Assembly: GCA_027623195.1 (NCBI GenBank)
Contig: JAQBUT010000001.1
Location: 32,001 to 96,000, forward strand
Reading direction: 5' to 3'
Source of the DNA: Chloroflexota bacterium
GTDB lineage: Bacteria > Chloroflexota > Dehalococcoidia > Lucifugimonadales > JADFKI01
DNA length: 64,000 nucleotides
Shown: one piece after another, positions 37,387 to 47,664 of the stretch
Layout of the letters: each line of letters begins with the position of its first letter
Numbering within the stretch: position 1 is the stretch's first letter
Program-made: the position numbers and the translations under genes
The notes under the pieces: model-generated
The model's input: the letters and a program-made list of their open reading frames with translations, nothing else
Told to the model about the DNA's origin: nothing
The model's database searches: none

Positions 37387-39855
37387 ATGCTCAGGACTAC
37401 GGAGCAGAGGTTCGACAACCAGACCATTGATGTTAAGTGGCAAAAGCGATGGACGGACGCCGGCATGCTAAGCGTGAAGGACGATGACCCGCGCCCGAAA
37501 TGGTACGAGCTCACCATGTACCCATACCCCTCCGGAGACCTGCACATCGGCCACTGGTACGCCATGTCGCCCTCCGACGCGCACGCACGGTTCCAGGCCA
37601 TGAAGGGCTATAACGTGCTTCACCCTATGGGCTTCGACGCATTTGGCCTCCCCGCTGAGAACGCCGCAATTCAGCGGGGCATCCACCCGTACACGTGGAC
37701 TATGGACAACATGGCCAACATGCGACGGCAACTGCGCAGCATGGGCACCATCTACGACTGGGACCGCGAGGTGGTAACCTGCATCCCCGAATACTATCAG
37801 TGGAACCAGTGGATTTTCCTGCAGTTCTACAAGGCAGGGCTTGCATATAGAAACTTCGCGCCTGCCAACTGGTGCCCGCAAGATAACACCGTGCTGGCCA
37901 ACGAACAGGTACTGCCCGACGGAACCTGCGAGCGCTGCGGCACCACCGTGGTACGTCGCGAACTGAACCAGTGGTTCTTCCGCATAACCAAATACGCCGA
38001 CGAGCTGTTGGACCACTCGAAAAAGGAGTGGCCCGAGCGCATCGATACCATGCAGACCAACTGGATCGGGCGCAGCGAGGGCGTGGAGATCGAGTTCGAC
38101 ATTTCAGAATATGGTCTGGACGTCGACACGATACGCACGTTCACCACCCGCATCGACACCATCTACGGAGTGACCTTTGTTGTCATGGCCCCCGAGCACC
38201 CGCTGGTCGAAAGGCTGACGACGCCGGATCAGAAGGCTGAGGTCGAGGCGTACATAGAGCAGACGCGGCGACAGTCTGAGATCGAGCGGATGTCCACGGA
38301 GAAGGAAAAGACCGGCGTCTACACAGGAGCCTACTGCATCAACAGGCTCAACGGCGAGAGGGTACCGCTTCTCATCGGCGACTACGTTCTTGGCACCTAT
38401 GGCACAGGCATCGTCATGGGAGTGCCTGCCCACGACCAGCGCGACTTCGAGTTCGCCACCAAGTACGACCTGCCAATTCGCGTTGTCGTTTCGCCCGAGG
38501 ACTGGGACGGCGGCGACCTGACCGAGGCATACCTGGAGGTTGGCAAGCAGGTCAACTCCGCGCAGTTCGATGGCATACCCAGCGACCAGGGCTGGCAGAA
38601 GATCGCAGACTACATAGAGGAGAACGGCTGGGGCAATCGCACGGTGCAGTACCGCATGCGCGACTGGCTGATATCCCGCCAGCGTTACTGGGGCACGCCA
38701 ATCCCGGTCATCTACTGCGACGATTGCGGCACTGTGCCTGTCCCCGAGGCCGACCTGCCGGTGGTGCTGCCTCAGGACGCAGAGTTCCGGCCCACGGGGG
38801 AGTCTCCACTGGCATCCCACCAGGGTTTTGTGAACACGCCATGTCCCACCTGCGGCAAGGCGGCGAAGCGCGAGACCGACACAATGGACACCTTCGTGGA
38901 CTCGTCCTGGTACTACCTGAGATACCCGAACAACCATTACGCGGAAGGCCCCTTTGACCCGGTGGCCCTAAAGAAGTGGAACCCCGTCGACCAGTACACG
39001 GGCGGCGCGGAGCACGCGGTAATGCACCTGCTGTACTCTCGCTTCTTCGTGAAGGCACTGCGCGACCTGGGGCTACTGGACTTTGATGAGCCCTTTACCC
39101 GGCTGTTCAACCAGGGCATCATCCTGGGGGCCGACCACGAGAAGATGAGCAAGTCCAGGGGCAACGTCGTCGCGCCCGACGAATACGTTGAGTCTTTTGG
39201 CGCTGATGTTGTGCGCTGCTTCCTGATGTTCCTGGGGCCGTGGGACCAGGGGGGAAGCTGGAGCGACTCCGGCATCAACGGCACGGCCCGCTGGATGAAT
39301 CGCGTCTGGGATATTTCTACAAGGGACGCTAGAACGCTGGACAACTTCCCGGCCAACGACGAGGCGATACGTGAGCTTCAGCGTCTGCAGCACAAGACGA
39401 TACGTCGCGTGGGCGAGGACCTGGAGCGGTTCAAGTTCAACACTGCTCTGGCCGGTCTGATGGAGTACAGCAACGGCATGAACCAGGCGTGGGAGAGCAA
39501 GGGCGTGCGCTCCAAGCAGTGGGTATCAGCGGTGGAGAGCCTGCTTACGCTGTTGGCGCCTATGGCCCCCCACATCACGGACGAGCTATGGGAGCGGATG
39601 GGTCACACCGAGAGCATTCACAAGCAGCCGTGGCCGTCGTGGGACGAGGAGCTAGCGGCCGACGATGTGATAACGCTGGTGGTGCAGGTCAACGGCCGCG
39701 TGCGGGACAAGATAGAGGTATCGGCGTCCATATCCGAGGAGGACGCGACCGAGACAGCCCTGGCCAGCCCCCGCCTAACCCCTTACCTGGACGGCAAGCA
39801 AGTCCGCAAAGTGATTTATGTGCCAGGGAAATTGGTCAACGTGGTTGTGGGGTAG
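37387..39855 (+). CDS. leuS: Leucine--tRNA ligase
   Basis: PYPSGDLHIGH, GFDAFGLPAENAA, KMSKS. Confidence 0.98.
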   Translation: MLRTTEQRFDNQTIDVKWQKRWTDAGMLSVKDDDPRPKWYELTMYPYPSGDLHIGHWYAMSPSDAHARFQAMKGYNVLHPMGFDAFGLPAENAAIQRGIHPYTWTMDNMANMRRQLRSMGTIYDWDREVVTCIPEYYQWNQWIFLQFYKAGLAYRNFAPANWCPQDNTVLANEQVLPDGTCERCGTTVVRRELNQWFFRITKYADELLDHSKKEWPERIDTMQTNWIGRSEGVEIEFDISEYGLDVDTIRTFTTRIDTIYGVTFVVMAPEHPLVERLTTPDQKAEVEAYIEQTRRQSEIERMSTEKEKTGVYTGAYCINRLNGERVPLLIGDYVLGTYGTGIVMGVPAHDQRDFEFATKYDLPIRVVVSPEDWDGGDLTEAYLEVGKQVNSAQFDGIPSDQGWQKIADYIEENGWGNRTVQYRMRDWLISRQRYWGTPIPVIYCDDCGTVPVPEADLPVVLPQDAEFRPTGESPLASHQGFVNTPCPTCGKAAKRETDTMDTFVDSSWYYLRYPNNHYAEGPFDPVALKKWNPVDQYTGGAEHAVMHLLYSRFFVKALRDLGLLDFDEPFTRLFNQGIILGADHEKMSKSRGNVVAPDEYVESFGADVVRCFLMFLGPWDQGGSWSDSGINGTARWMNRVWDISTRDARTLDNFPANDEAIRELQRLQHKTIRRVGEDLERFKFNTALAGLMEYSNGMNQAWESKGVRSKQWVSAVESLLTLLAPMAPHITDELWERMGHTESIHKQPWPSWDEELAADDVITLVVQVNGRVRDKIEVSASISEEDATETALASPRLTPYLDGKQVRKVIYVPGKLVNVVVG

Positions 39856-39872
39856 GGGGTAGGGGAAGATCC

Positions 39873-40421
39873 TTAGATGATCTCAAACAGGTCATTCTTC
39901 TCAAGAAAATAGCGGAACGACGGATTATTGTCAGCAGCTAATTTGACGTCGTAATCTTTTAAAACTTCCTGCATGAAGTCTATTCTAGATTGGAATCTTC
40001 TAGGAATTAAATCGTTGAACTGCTCTTTCGTCCTGTTCTCGCAGGCGCTCCCGATTTCTGCAGGCGCACCAATTGCGGACAAAAATCTTCCCGATGCGCC
40101 CGCAATATACCAGCCTTCAATTTCTCTCTTTACAACGTATATTCTCTCGGACCTTAATCGACTTTGAGCAGACATTAGCGATTCTTTTTTTCTGGTGACA
40201 CAAGGGAAACTGTCAATATCTCCGACATAAACATAGTCGGCACCCATTGCGTCAATTGCCTTTATGAATTTCTGTATATGTCGTCGCGAGCGCTGTCTAT
40301 AGGGCCATGATATAACTGAATCATACAGGCGTTCGAATAGTGGCTTAACGATTGAATGAAAGAAAGTAATGTCATCATTACCTTCGAGAAACAGATATAT
40401 CGCCTTATAAGGCACGGCCAT
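39873..40421 (-). CDS. Hypothetical ATPase-partner protein (TOPRIM-like EG..D / DxD)
   Basis: LFLEGNDD, VGDID, REIEGWY; start overlaps the ATPase stop; AT-rich. Confidence 0.65.
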   Translation of the reverse strand: MAVPYKAIYLFLEGNDDITFFHSIVKPLFERLYDSVISWPYRQRSRRHIQKFIKAIDAMGADYVYVGDIDSFPCVTRKKESLMSAQSRLRSERIYVVKREIEGWYIAGASGRFLSAIGAPAEIGSACENRTKEQFNDLIPRRFQSRIDFMQEVLKDYDVKLAADNNPSFRYFLEKNDLFEII

Positions 40422-41694
40422 TAAACCTCGAGCAAATTATCAACAAACAAATCGCTGATTTGAAAGTCATTCTCCAAAAAAGTCTGTACGTCTTCGCTTT
40501 GTGCTGGTCGAATCACTACTGACCGGCCACTTTCATCTCTGCAGACCAACAAGATATCCTCCAGGTCCACATGCCGGATTAGTTCTGGATTATGAGTAGT
40601 TGCAATTATTTGCTTCTTTTGGGCGGCCTCTTTCATCATTTCCACTGTCTTGGACATCAGAGCCGGATGTACATTCCTCTCCGGTTCTTCTATTACGACA
40701 AGTTTATTTTTTTCGAAGTAAAGTGCCACTATAAGGGCCGTTATGTTCACGGTTCCATCAGACAGTAGGGATGCTGGCAATTCAAAATTTCTCGCGTAAG
40801 TCTCCCTCAAAGTGAAGTACATCGATTTGTCCGCTACTTTTGATACGTCCATCCTGTGAACAAACGGGAGCATATAGCGCATCAAGTTCAAGAAGGCTCT
40901 TTTCGATTCGCCATCGGTGGATATTCTATTGAGTACCAAGGCTAGATTGGCGCCGTCCGAGGCCAACTCAGTGACACCAGTGATCGGAGCGGTCTTCTTG
41001 GGCAATTTAGGATCGAAATCGAAGATGCCTATTTCACTTAACGACGATATTATGGGGGAAAGATAGAGCTGTGCGATTGGCGACTCCAGCAATAAGGTCT
41101 TCTTCTGCATAGGATACCCATCGAATATATGTTCAATCTCATCTTCACCTTCGGAACTATCGATTCGTACCTTTCCATTCACACTGGAGAATTGGTAATA
41201 TCGCAGCCGCTTTTCATTGAGTTCTGATCCACCCCCCTTCCCTTCTCTCTACTGTCGTCCGCAGAATAAATGATCTTTACCATGTCTTCGACAACGTTGT
41301 ATCCGTTGCCCCGTTGGTTGAACTTTATCGAAAATCGGCATTCCGCATTGTGGATGCGCATTCTGTTATAGGCTCGCTCCCGTCTCCCGGAAGGTCGACT
41401 GCCGAATGATACTCTCGGGATTACCCAAAACTCATCCAAATCCATCGCAAACTTGAAAGTACAATTTGCACTGGATTTAACTACGACATTCTTTATGTAC
41501 TCAACTCCGCCCTGTACAGAAATTGCGTACTCCAATCCATGAGTCGCCACGTCGCGAAGGAACTGAAATAGCTGAACAAAATTAGATTTCCCTGAGGCGT
41601 TGGCGCCCAGAAGAAGGTTTAGCTTCCCAAGCTCGATTTCTTGCGTATCTTGGAAGCTCTTGAAATTTGATATGCTGATTTTCGTTATTGCCAT
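40421..41694 (-). pseudogene. AAA_21/ABC-type ATPase split into two ORFs (41179-41694 and 40421-41182)
   Basis: NFKSF and Walker A GANASGKSN in the first ORF; LSDGT, IEEPERNVHP and TTHNP in the second; frame change near 41180. Confidence 0.7.
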
Positions 41695-41847
41695 AATTCA
41701 ATAATCTATCTCTGGCTTCCCGTAGGACGCCCAAATAACCTTCGACATCCATGATTCTGTTTCGAATTAAGACTATTGTAGCACCTGTGAGGCCAGTTTC
41801 CTCAGTGGCCTGTTAGCCTTGTGGGGTCGGGAAGCTTACCCATTGGC

Positions 41848-41928
41848 CTACGCAAACCATCCCAGCCGGAACGTCCCCACGTCGTGGCGCGTATCGCCGT
41901 CGATGGCCATGTCCGAGAGGATTTCGCC
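41848..41928 (-). repeat. Diverged duplicate of the last 81 bp of solA (partner copy 42474-42554)
   Basis: 69/81 nt identical by manual alignment; encodes GEILSDMAIDGDTRHDVGTFRLGWFA*. Confidence 0.9.
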
Positions 41929-42392
41929 TTTGCTGGCACCTGCTGAAGCATAGGAATGCGCCGCTCAGCCCAATGCTGATTTTCTACGGACACCCCAATC
42001 CAAACGTTCTCAGGCCAGTCAAAAAATTCAGGGCTGTTTATGTAATTAAACATTTGTTCTGGCCGTTTTGTCAAAAGTTGAAAAGTATGTCTGGGATTAT
42101 CCCTCATAACATCGAATATTTCCGAGATGAAGGGGAACGGGACTTCTTCATGAAAAACATCGCTCATGCTGTTCACGAAGATACGTTTTGGCTTCTTCCA
42201 TTTTGTAGGAGCCTCAAGCCTATCGGGGTGAAGAACTATGGAGGTCTTGCCCGGAAGGTATGGTCCTCCACGCTTGAAACGAAGTGTTATGGATTCAGCA
42301 TAGCAGTGGGCGCAGCCAGGACTGACCTTGGTGCACCCTGTAACCGGATTCCACGTCGCGTCCGTCCATTCGATTGCGGTTTTGTCAGGCAT
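41929..42392 (-). pseudogene. DUF5131 (phage Gp37/Gp68 family) gene, 3'-truncated
   Basis: IEWTDATWNPVTGC.KVSPGC.HCYA, FVNSMSD.FH, LTKRP, GVSVE; family-like sequence stops at the solA duplicate. Confidence 0.85.
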
Positions 42393-42473
42393 GAAACTTC
42401 CTAAACTTAGATTATTCTAAGATTAGTTTGGAACATTCGTGCGAATACGTCAATTATACCCGAGGTCACATCG

Positions 42474-43610
42474 TTACGCAAACCGCGCCAGCCGGAACAT
42501 CCCCACATCGTGCCTAGTCTCGCCGTCGATGGCCATGTCCGAAAGAATTTCGCCGACGACGCTGCAGAACTTGAAGCCGTGCCCGGTGAATCCCGCCGCT
42601 ACGACGATTGGTGAATCGGGCGTTAATCGATCTATCAAAAAATGCTCGTCGGGGGTGTTGGTGAACATGCAGGCCTTCATGGAGAGGGTAGGGCCGGCGG
42701 CATCGGGGAAGTACCTCTCGACGGCCTGACGCAGCATGGCCTCGTCGCGGGCGTTGGGCTCGCGGTCGATGGTGTCGGGGTCCACAACCTCCTCCAGATG
42801 ATGGAAGCGGCCTATCTTGAAGCCCGGCACCTGGAAGGCGGGGAAGCCGTAAAAATGGCCCTCCTCCACCATTAGCAGGAAGATGGGGAATGTCTCGGGT
42901 GTGTACGACTCCGGCTTCAGAGGCTCAGTCCAGATCAGCACTTGCCTCTCAGGCACGGCGTTGGATGCGAGTTCAGGCAGCAGCTTTCCTGTCCAGGCCC
43001 CGGCGCACACGACTACTGTGTCGGCCTCGTACTGGCCCTGGTCGGTAGTCACCCGCGCGCCGTTAGAGGTCTCGGCAATATCCAGCACCTGCTCATCCGT
43101 TTGCAGCGTCGCGCCGTGGTCCAACGCGCCCGCCACGTGCAGCTCGATGCAGCGTTCCGGGGTCAGGAAGCCCGCGTCGGCCTGGTATATGGCCTGCAGG
43201 TCGCTCGGCAGACTGAAGCCGGGGTAGCGGCGGCTTAGCTCCGCGCTGCTCATCACCTCGTGTTCCAGCTCATGCTCCAAACAGGATCGCAGAGCGCCCT
43301 CCAGCAAACGGCTGTCTGGCAGCCCGGCGTCGATTCCCCCCGTAATGTGCATGATCTGCTCACCGGCCGAGGCTTCTAACTCCCGCCAAAGCTCGTACGA
43401 CCGCCGCAACAAGGGTACGTAGCCGGGAGCCTCGTAGTAGGCCAAGCGGATAATGCGGGTCACGCCGTGGGAAGAGCCCAGGTCGTGTGCAACCCCGAAG
43501 CGTTCGATTCCCAGCACGCGTTTGCCGCGTTTCGCCAGGTGATACAGCGCCGCGCTGCCCATACCTCCTACGCCAACCACGATTGCGTCATACTTGCCGG
43601 TCTGCGCCAT
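42474..43610 (-). CDS. solA: N-methyl-L-tryptophan / monomeric sarcosine oxidase family
   Basis: VGVGGMGS, GSSHG.TRIIR, C..TNTPDEHF, GHGFKF. Confidence 0.9.
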   Translation of the reverse strand: MAQTGKYDAIVVGVGGMGSAALYHLAKRGKRVLGIERFGVAHDLGSSHGVTRIIRLAYYEAPGYVPLLRRSYELWRELEASAGEQIMHITGGIDAGLPDSRLLEGALRSCLEHELEHEVMSSAELSRRYPGFSLPSDLQAIYQADAGFLTPERCIELHVAGALDHGATLQTDEQVLDIAETSNGARVTTDQGQYEADTVVVCAGAWTGKLLPELASNAVPERQVLIWTEPLKPESYTPETFPIFLLMVEEGHFYGFPAFQVPGFKIGRFHHLEEVVDPDTIDREPNARDEAMLRQAVERYFPDAAGPTLSMKACMFTNTPDEHFLIDRLTPDSPIVVAAGFTGHGFKFCSVVGEILSDMAIDGETRHDVGMFRLARFA

Positions 43611-43749
43611 CAGGTACCTCCACTAGCCTTCGAGCCGTTCGTTGAACCCAGGAAAATTTAGGAATTTCTTGTCGTATGGCATATAATAGGCTCCGCGAAA
43701 TTTTCCCACCACATGAACTACAACAATTCGTTCTTTTAAGGAGCACATA

Positions 43750-44847
43750 ATGAAATACTCAATCGCGGTGCTGCCGGGCGACGGCATAGGGCCGGAGGTC
43801 ATCGGCGAGGCCGTCAAAGTCATGGAGGCCGTGGGACGACGCTTCGGTCACCAGTTCGACACGGAGGAGGGCCGGGTAGGGGGCAACGCCATCGACGAGT
43901 TCGGCACGCCGCTGCCCGAGGCCACTGAGGCCCTTATCACGGACACAGACGCCGTGCTGTTCGGAGCGGTGGGCGGTCCCAAGTGGGACGACCCTCGCGC
44001 GAAGACGCGCCCCGAGGACGGCATCCTGGCCATGCGCAAGATGCTGGGCCTGTACGGCAACATGCGCCCGGTGAAGGTCTACCCTCAGCTAATCAACACG
44101 AGTCCCATAAAGCCCGAGTACCTGAAGGGCGTGGACATGATTATCCTGCGGGAGCTTACCGGCGGCCTGTACTTCGCCAAGCCCAAACGCCGCTGGGAGA
44201 CCTCCCGTGGCCGCAGGGGCGTGGATACGTTGAAGTACACGGAGCAGGAGATCGAACGTATTGTGCGCATGGCTTTCGAGATGGCTATGGGCCGCCGCAA
44301 GCGCGTTACGTCTGTGGACAAGGCTAACGTGCTGGAGACGGGCAGGCTCTGGCGGGAGATCGCAACAGAGGTCGGCCAGGATTACCCCGAGGTGGAGTTG
44401 GAGCACGTACTGGTGGACGCTGCGGCCATGCAGTTGATCAAAAACCCGGTGCATTACGACATCATCGTGGCGGAGAATACCTTCGGGGACATCCTCACGG
44501 ACGAGGCGTCGGTGCTGTCCGGTTCCATGGGCATGCAGCCTTCGGCCAGCCTGGCGGGTCTGCCCAAGAAGGGCGGGCGTGGAAAGCGGGCCATTAGCCT
44601 TTACGAGCCCATCCACGGCAGCGCCCCGGACATCGCGGGGCAGGGCATCGCCAATCCCATCGGCACCATACTGAGCATGGCAATGCTGCTTCGTTACTCG
44701 CTGAGCCTAGAGGAAGAGGCCGTCGCCGTTGAGCGGTCGGTGGAGGGAGCGTTGGCCGAGGGCTATCGCACGCCGGATATCGCGTCGGACGGAGGCGAGG
44801 TCGTTAAGACGTCGGAGCTAGGAGACATCATCGCCGGCGGGGTCTAA
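43750..44847 (+). CDS. leuB: 3-isopropylmalate dehydrogenase
   Basis: GDGIGPEV, GAVGGPKW, RELTGGLYF, VDKANVL, EPIHGSAPDIAG. Confidence 0.96.
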   Translation: MKYSIAVLPGDGIGPEVIGEAVKVMEAVGRRFGHQFDTEEGRVGGNAIDEFGTPLPEATEALITDTDAVLFGAVGGPKWDDPRAKTRPEDGILAMRKMLGLYGNMRPVKVYPQLINTSPIKPEYLKGVDMIILRELTGGLYFAKPKRRWETSRGRRGVDTLKYTEQEIERIVRMAFEMAMGRRKRVTSVDKANVLETGRLWREIATEVGQDYPEVELEHVLVDAAAMQLIKNPVHYDIIVAENTFGDILTDEASVLSGSMGMQPSASLAGLPKKGGRGKRAISLYEPIHGSAPDIAGQGIANPIGTILSMAMLLRYSLSLEEEAVAVERSVEGALAEGYRTPDIASDGGEVVKTSELGDIIAGGV

Positions 44848-44912
44848 TTTCCTTTGGATTCACGGCGGGGCGGCCAGGATGCTTGGCTGACGTCGTGAGT
44901 GAACAGTTAATT

Positions 44913-44947
44913 TAAAAGGGGGAGGCCAATATGGCCTCCCCTTTTTA
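44913..44947. terminator. Bidirectional intrinsic terminator
   Basis: TAAAAGGGGGAGGCCA-ATA-TGGCCTCCCCTTTTTA between convergent genes. Confidence 0.85.
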
Positions 44948-44960
44948 TTACTACAAATGC

Positions 44961-46313
44961 CTAGTGGTGATGACCGGTTACTGCGGCTCGGTCCGTCTTG
45001 GTCACCGGGACGAATATCAGAACCACTGCGCCTATTGCAAAGAGCACAGCAACGTATATAAAGGCTGCCCCGGCTCCTCGACTATCGTAGATGAACCCCG
45101 CGATTAAGGGTGAAGATGCGGCGAACAGGAATCTTGCGAACGACAGCACCCCCAGCACCGTCGTAGCAACGCCTTCTCCTGCCACATCCAGTGCCAGAGC
45201 CGTCAGCACTGGTTGATCGCCGAAGAGGAACGTCCCCAACAAGGCGATTATCACGATCAACAGGATACCGCCAGTAGATATGCCCAGGAAGAGCGACATA
45301 AGGGCGAGGAAAAGCATTCCAGGGACCAGGACTACTTTTCGTCCAAACAGGTCTGACAGGTAGCCAACCACGGGCGTGGACACGATACCTACTGCCATCA
45401 ATAGGCCCAGGTGAAGGTTGCGCACTAGCGGAGTCATCCCCAAGTCGTTCAGGTATATGGGCAGGAACGTGGTGAGCGCCAGAAACGCCATCCCTCTGAC
45501 TCCCCCGACGAATGCCACAAACCATAACACCGGGTTACGCAAAACATGTTTCGTTGTTTGCCACTGTTCGTTGCGGGTCGGAGCCACCTGCTGTCCCTGG
45601 CTATCCCGGCCGATGTGCCTGAATGACCAGTAGACCACAAATGCCAGGAATATCGGCAATGCTGCGTAGATGCTTATTATCTCTGTCCACGCCAAAACTC
45701 CCAACAACACGCCCGTCACAGGAGGGGCGAGAGCATCACCTAACTGCCCTCCAACGCCATGAAAGGATAGGGCGGCTCCCCTTCGATGGGAGAAGTGATG
45801 CGAGAGGGAGGCCATAGCCGGCAGGTGCCATATGGACGCCGCGACTGCGACAACTCCCATGCCGAACAGCAGCAAAGGGTAGGACGGAGAGAAGCCAATG
45901 ATAAGCCACCCAATCCCAAAGGTTGCCATGCACAGGGCTAGTATCAGGCCCCAGTACCTCCTCAAGGCATCGGCAATAACCCCGCCGGGAAGAGTAACTA
46001 TGCCGGAAACGAACTCTCTGGTTGCAGTTATCCCACCCACGCCTACCGCGCTCAAAGCAAAGGCCGCCTGCACCTCTGGAAGCATCGCGATAAAGCTCTG
46101 TGTGAACCAGTGAAAAACGCCGTGCCCGCTTGTGAGGGCGGTAATAATGAAGCCGCCGCGACGCCTTATGTCGGTCTGCTGTTCGTGGCCCTGTTCGTGG
46201 CCGTGATGATGTTCTCCGTGGTCTTCGTGGTGGTCAGAATGGTGGTCATCGTGGTCGTGATGACCTTCGTGTGGGTTCTCTGTATGGCCACTATCTGACG
46301 GCTGTTCTTCCAT
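44961..46313 (-). CDS. MFS transporter with a His-rich N-terminus
   Basis: About 12 hydrophobic spans; GYLSDLFGRK motif A. Confidence 0.9.
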   Translation of the reverse strand: MEEQPSDSGHTENPHEGHHDHDDHHSDHHEDHGEHHHGHEQGHEQQTDIRRRGGFIITALTSGHGVFHWFTQSFIAMLPEVQAAFALSAVGVGGITATREFVSGIVTLPGGVIADALRRYWGLILALCMATFGIGWLIIGFSPSYPLLLFGMGVVAVAASIWHLPAMASLSHHFSHRRGAALSFHGVGGQLGDALAPPVTGVLLGVLAWTEIISIYAALPIFLAFVVYWSFRHIGRDSQGQQVAPTRNEQWQTTKHVLRNPVLWFVAFVGGVRGMAFLALTTFLPIYLNDLGMTPLVRNLHLGLLMAVGIVSTPVVGYLSDLFGRKVVLVPGMLFLALMSLFLGISTGGILLIVIIALLGTFLFGDQPVLTALALDVAGEGVATTVLGVLSFARFLFAASSPLIAGFIYDSRGAGAAFIYVAVLFAIGAVVLIFVPVTKTDRAAVTGHHH

Positions 46314-46617
46314 TCATTCATGTCCTTCCCAATAGTTCGTGCGGTCTTCTTGTTTGTGGCATATTCCGCACATTAAGCTCGCTGCTACTTTTATATTGCT
46401 TTCGAAAATTTGTCAACCAGACAAATTGCAGAAAAAGCCTTCGTCATTTCTCACAATTTCCTCACCAGCGCCTCTTTTATCTTCATACCTTCCTCACGTA
46501 CTGGGCAGCATACTGAGGATGAAAATTGAAAGACAGGTACGCACAATTTGTAGGTCATCTCGAAGCTCTTACTTCAGTGAAGGAGTCCGAGACATTCTGT
46601 TGCAGGAGGCACGTCAA

Positions 46618-47652
46618 ATGTTCCGAAAAGTTATCGTCCCACTGGACGGCACAGAATTGGCAGAAGGCATACTGCCGTATATTACGGACGTGGCGGCGGG
46701 CCTCGGTACGTCTGTGGTCCTACTGTCCGTGATTGATCCCGATGCCATCGACCTTCCCGAGCGCATTGGGGATAGCCGTGGAACCGGCGCCGCTCACGTG
46801 GAGGCTGTTGGAACTACATCAGGCATCGTGGACGTTAATGTCCGAACGGATACCGGGGATGCGGCTAGAGCGGGCGTACACCCACACGAGAGGGGCGGCC
46901 CGTACGTCTCCCAACTGTTCGACCGCGCGGAGGAGATCACGAAAACTCGACTGGATGAGGTCGCCAAGGGCCTGGAGTCCAAGATATCCAAGGTGGAGAC
47001 CAGAGTGGTCTTCGGAAGGCCGGCCGAGATGATTATAGAGGTCGCAGAGGCCGAGGGCGCGGACCTTATCGCCATGTCTACCCACGGGCGCAATATGATA
47101 GGCAGAGGCCTGATGGGCAGCGTAACGGACAAGGTCCTGCACGCAACCAGCATTCCGATGGTGACCATTTCGCCCGACAAGGCCAAGATATATGGGGACG
47201 GCGGGAACGGCATCAGCAACCTCATTGTGCCGCTGGACGGCTCCGAACAAGCAGAAGCCGTGCTGCCCTACGTTGAGGAAATGGCCGTCAAAATGTCTCT
47301 GGATGTTTTGCTGGTCAGAGTTCTGAGGCTCGGTGGAGCATACGCCGCATACTCCGAAGGCATGGCGTATTGGGGCGATTCTGCCGTAGATGAGGCTCTG
47401 GAAGCAGAAATCAAGGACTACCTAGAAGTTATTGCTGGGAGGTTAAGGGCCAAGGAAATTAAGGTGGCTTGGAAGATCATGCGGGGGGCTCCTGCCATAT
47501 GCATTACAGACCTCGCCAGGGATACGTCTAACGACATGATCGCGATGACGACTCACGGCCGGTCTGGTCTAACCCGCTGGATGCTAGGCAGCGTGGCGGA
47601 GGGCGTGATTAGGGCAACGGGCGACCCGGTGATGGTGATTCCACCACATTAG
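46618..47652 (+). CDS. Tandem-domain universal stress protein
   Basis: Two VPLDG...IAM.THGR...GSV domains; RBS AGGAGG. Confidence 0.92.
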   Translation: MFRKVIVPLDGTELAEGILPYITDVAAGLGTSVVLLSVIDPDAIDLPERIGDSRGTGAAHVEAVGTTSGIVDVNVRTDTGDAARAGVHPHERGGPYVSQLFDRAEEITKTRLDEVAKGLESKISKVETRVVFGRPAEMIIEVAEAEGADLIAMSTHGRNMIGRGLMGSVTDKVLHATSIPMVTISPDKAKIYGDGGNGISNLIVPLDGSEQAEAVLPYVEEMAVKMSLDVLLVRVLRLGGAYAAYSEGMAYWGDSAVDEALEAEIKDYLEVIAGRLRAKEIKVAWKIMRGAPAICITDLARDTSNDMIAMTTHGRSGLTRWMLGSVAEGVIRATGDPVMVIPPH

Positions 47653-47664
47653 GAGGTGATCAGA

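Noticed and set aside
38104..38937. Long antisense and alternative-frame ORFs (this one, 2533-3255, 19348-20034, 31430-31933 and others)
   Set aside because: Shadow ORFs over well-supported genes, expected in GC-rich DNA.
41802..41928. Novel C-terminal extension of the DUF5131 protein
   Set aside because: It is mostly the duplicated solA 3' end read out of frame.
46339..46617. Long N-terminal extensions in the ORF track (USP; also SDR, ROK, TPR, thiG, 3-hydroxyacyl-CoA dehydrogenase)
   Set aside because: Family similarity and RBS positions point to downstream starts.
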